Assembly: GCF_963921235.1 (NCBI RefSeq)
Contig: NC_086108.1
Location: 70,558,001 to 70,622,000, forward strand
DNA length: 64,000 nucleotides
Direction of reading: 5' to 3'
From: Mobula hypostoma
Lineage: Eukaryota
This document shows positions 62,996 to 64,000 of this stretch, piece after piece (position 1 is the first letter of the stretch; each line of letters begins with the position of its first letter). A program made the position numbers and the translations under genes. The notes under the pieces were generated by a model. The model made no database searches. It worked only from the letters and a program-made list of their open reading frames with translations, and was not told the origin of the DNA.

Positions 62996-63542
62996 CTGTT
63001 AAAAAAAAACAGTATTAAGTTTCCCAGTATCTTTAAAACTAATTATGTATACTTTTAATGCATACAATGACATTTTTAGCACAGTTCTTAAAAATTTAAG
63101 ATATTATTTGCCTGAATGTTGCCATGAAACAAGGTTAAGTAAAGTTTAACATTTCTGATTTTTTTTTAAAGCAAGTGCAAACAAAAATATGTTCCTTTGA
63201 AAAGCAGAAATTTCAATTCAAATTATTTCACTTCGAAGTGTTATGTTTTCTGCTGGAAAATTAGTATAAGTAATTTACCAATATGACCTCAGTATTTACC
63301 AAAACAGCACAATAAACTCTGAATTCCAACAGAACTATCGAGGAAATATAAATATCAGTCTTTTTTTCACCTCTCATCAGCCTATATATGATTTGTACTG
63401 GATTAGGAACAACTATTATTTTACAGTTAGAAGATGGTACACAGAATTATAAGTAAAATTTGAAAGGCCAATATAGCAGAACTAAAATAAATTAAAAGGA
63501 GAAACACTCAAATTAAGAAAAAGCTAACAGTAATGTGTCTTT

Positions 63543-63751
63543 GAAGAAAGCCCTTAACTCCGAGTGGAGTCATTGGGACGTCATCATGACGCCGTTTTTT
63601 TAGCAGGCTTTCTTATTTTTACGAGGCCGAGTTACTAGCTCGACACTCAACCCAGCACGGATGGAAAGCGTGCAAGGGAGCCAGCTGGATTCAAACTCGG
63701 GAGCCTTTGCTCCAAAGTCTGGCGCTGATACCACTACGCCACCAGCTGGCT
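63543..63751 (-). mobile_element. CpG-rich tRNA-derived SINE
   Basis: minus strand: A-box TGGCGTAGTGG, B-box GAGTTTGAATCC; 3' end ggagttaagggctttcttc. Confidence 0.75.
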
Positions 63752-64000
63752 TTAGAACAACTTAATGTTTTCCATCCTGAGCAATGACGGCATATGGATT
63801 GAATACGTTTGAGTTTGCCAAGAACAGACTTCAATTCATAGAAGTTAAAAGAGAAGAAAATCACAACTATTAATTCCCTATTGAATAAAATGAACCTGAC
63901 CACTCAAACATTTCCTTTGTTTCTCATTGTACTTCTATGAAGGGAGTTAGATCACACTGAAATCAATACAATGTAATCAATATTCAATGCAATCGCAGTG

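Noticed and set aside
63660..63751. Possible tRNA gene
   Set aside because: The tRNA-like head continues into a SINE body and tail, and the B-box is imperfect, so it is called a SINE.
1..64000. CRISPR arrays, rRNA, prokaryotic operons
   Set aside because: None seen; the sequence is intron-exon vertebrate DNA.

Overview
Vertebrate genomic DNA, AT-rich and repeat-dense. The CR1, Rex1/Babar, Penelope and V-SINE repeat content looks like a cartilaginous fish (shark or ray); that is an inference. Two convergent protein-coding genes can be built exon by exon with consistent splice phases. PRPF38A is on the + strand (coding exons 2-10, 369..17808; exon 1 lies before the window). TUT4/ZCCHC11 is on the - strand (its last 18 coding exons, 62995..31419; the 5' part lies beyond the window). 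Introns and the intergenic gap hold CR1, Rex1/Babar and RTE LINE fragments, Penelope-like elements with minimal hammerhead ribozyme motifs, hAT-Charlie and Tigger-like DNA transposons, SINEs and a Helitron helicase fossil. The most unusual observation is a 178-bp circularly permuted piece of ZFTRAF1/CYHR1 coding sequence (41991..42168), sitting in a TSD-flanked RTE stub nested in a CR1; this fits capture of a circular RNA or circular DNA. Also notable are two separate partial duplicates of TUT4 exon 3' ends that keep their splice donors and carry stop codons (candidate poison exons), a GC-AG intron in TUT4, and a sense-strand hammerhead motif inside a TSD-flanked Penelope palindrome in a TUT4 intron. 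Exon coordinates were read directly from the sequence. TE boundaries without TSDs or TIRs are approximate, and homology calls come from recognising motifs, not from database searches.
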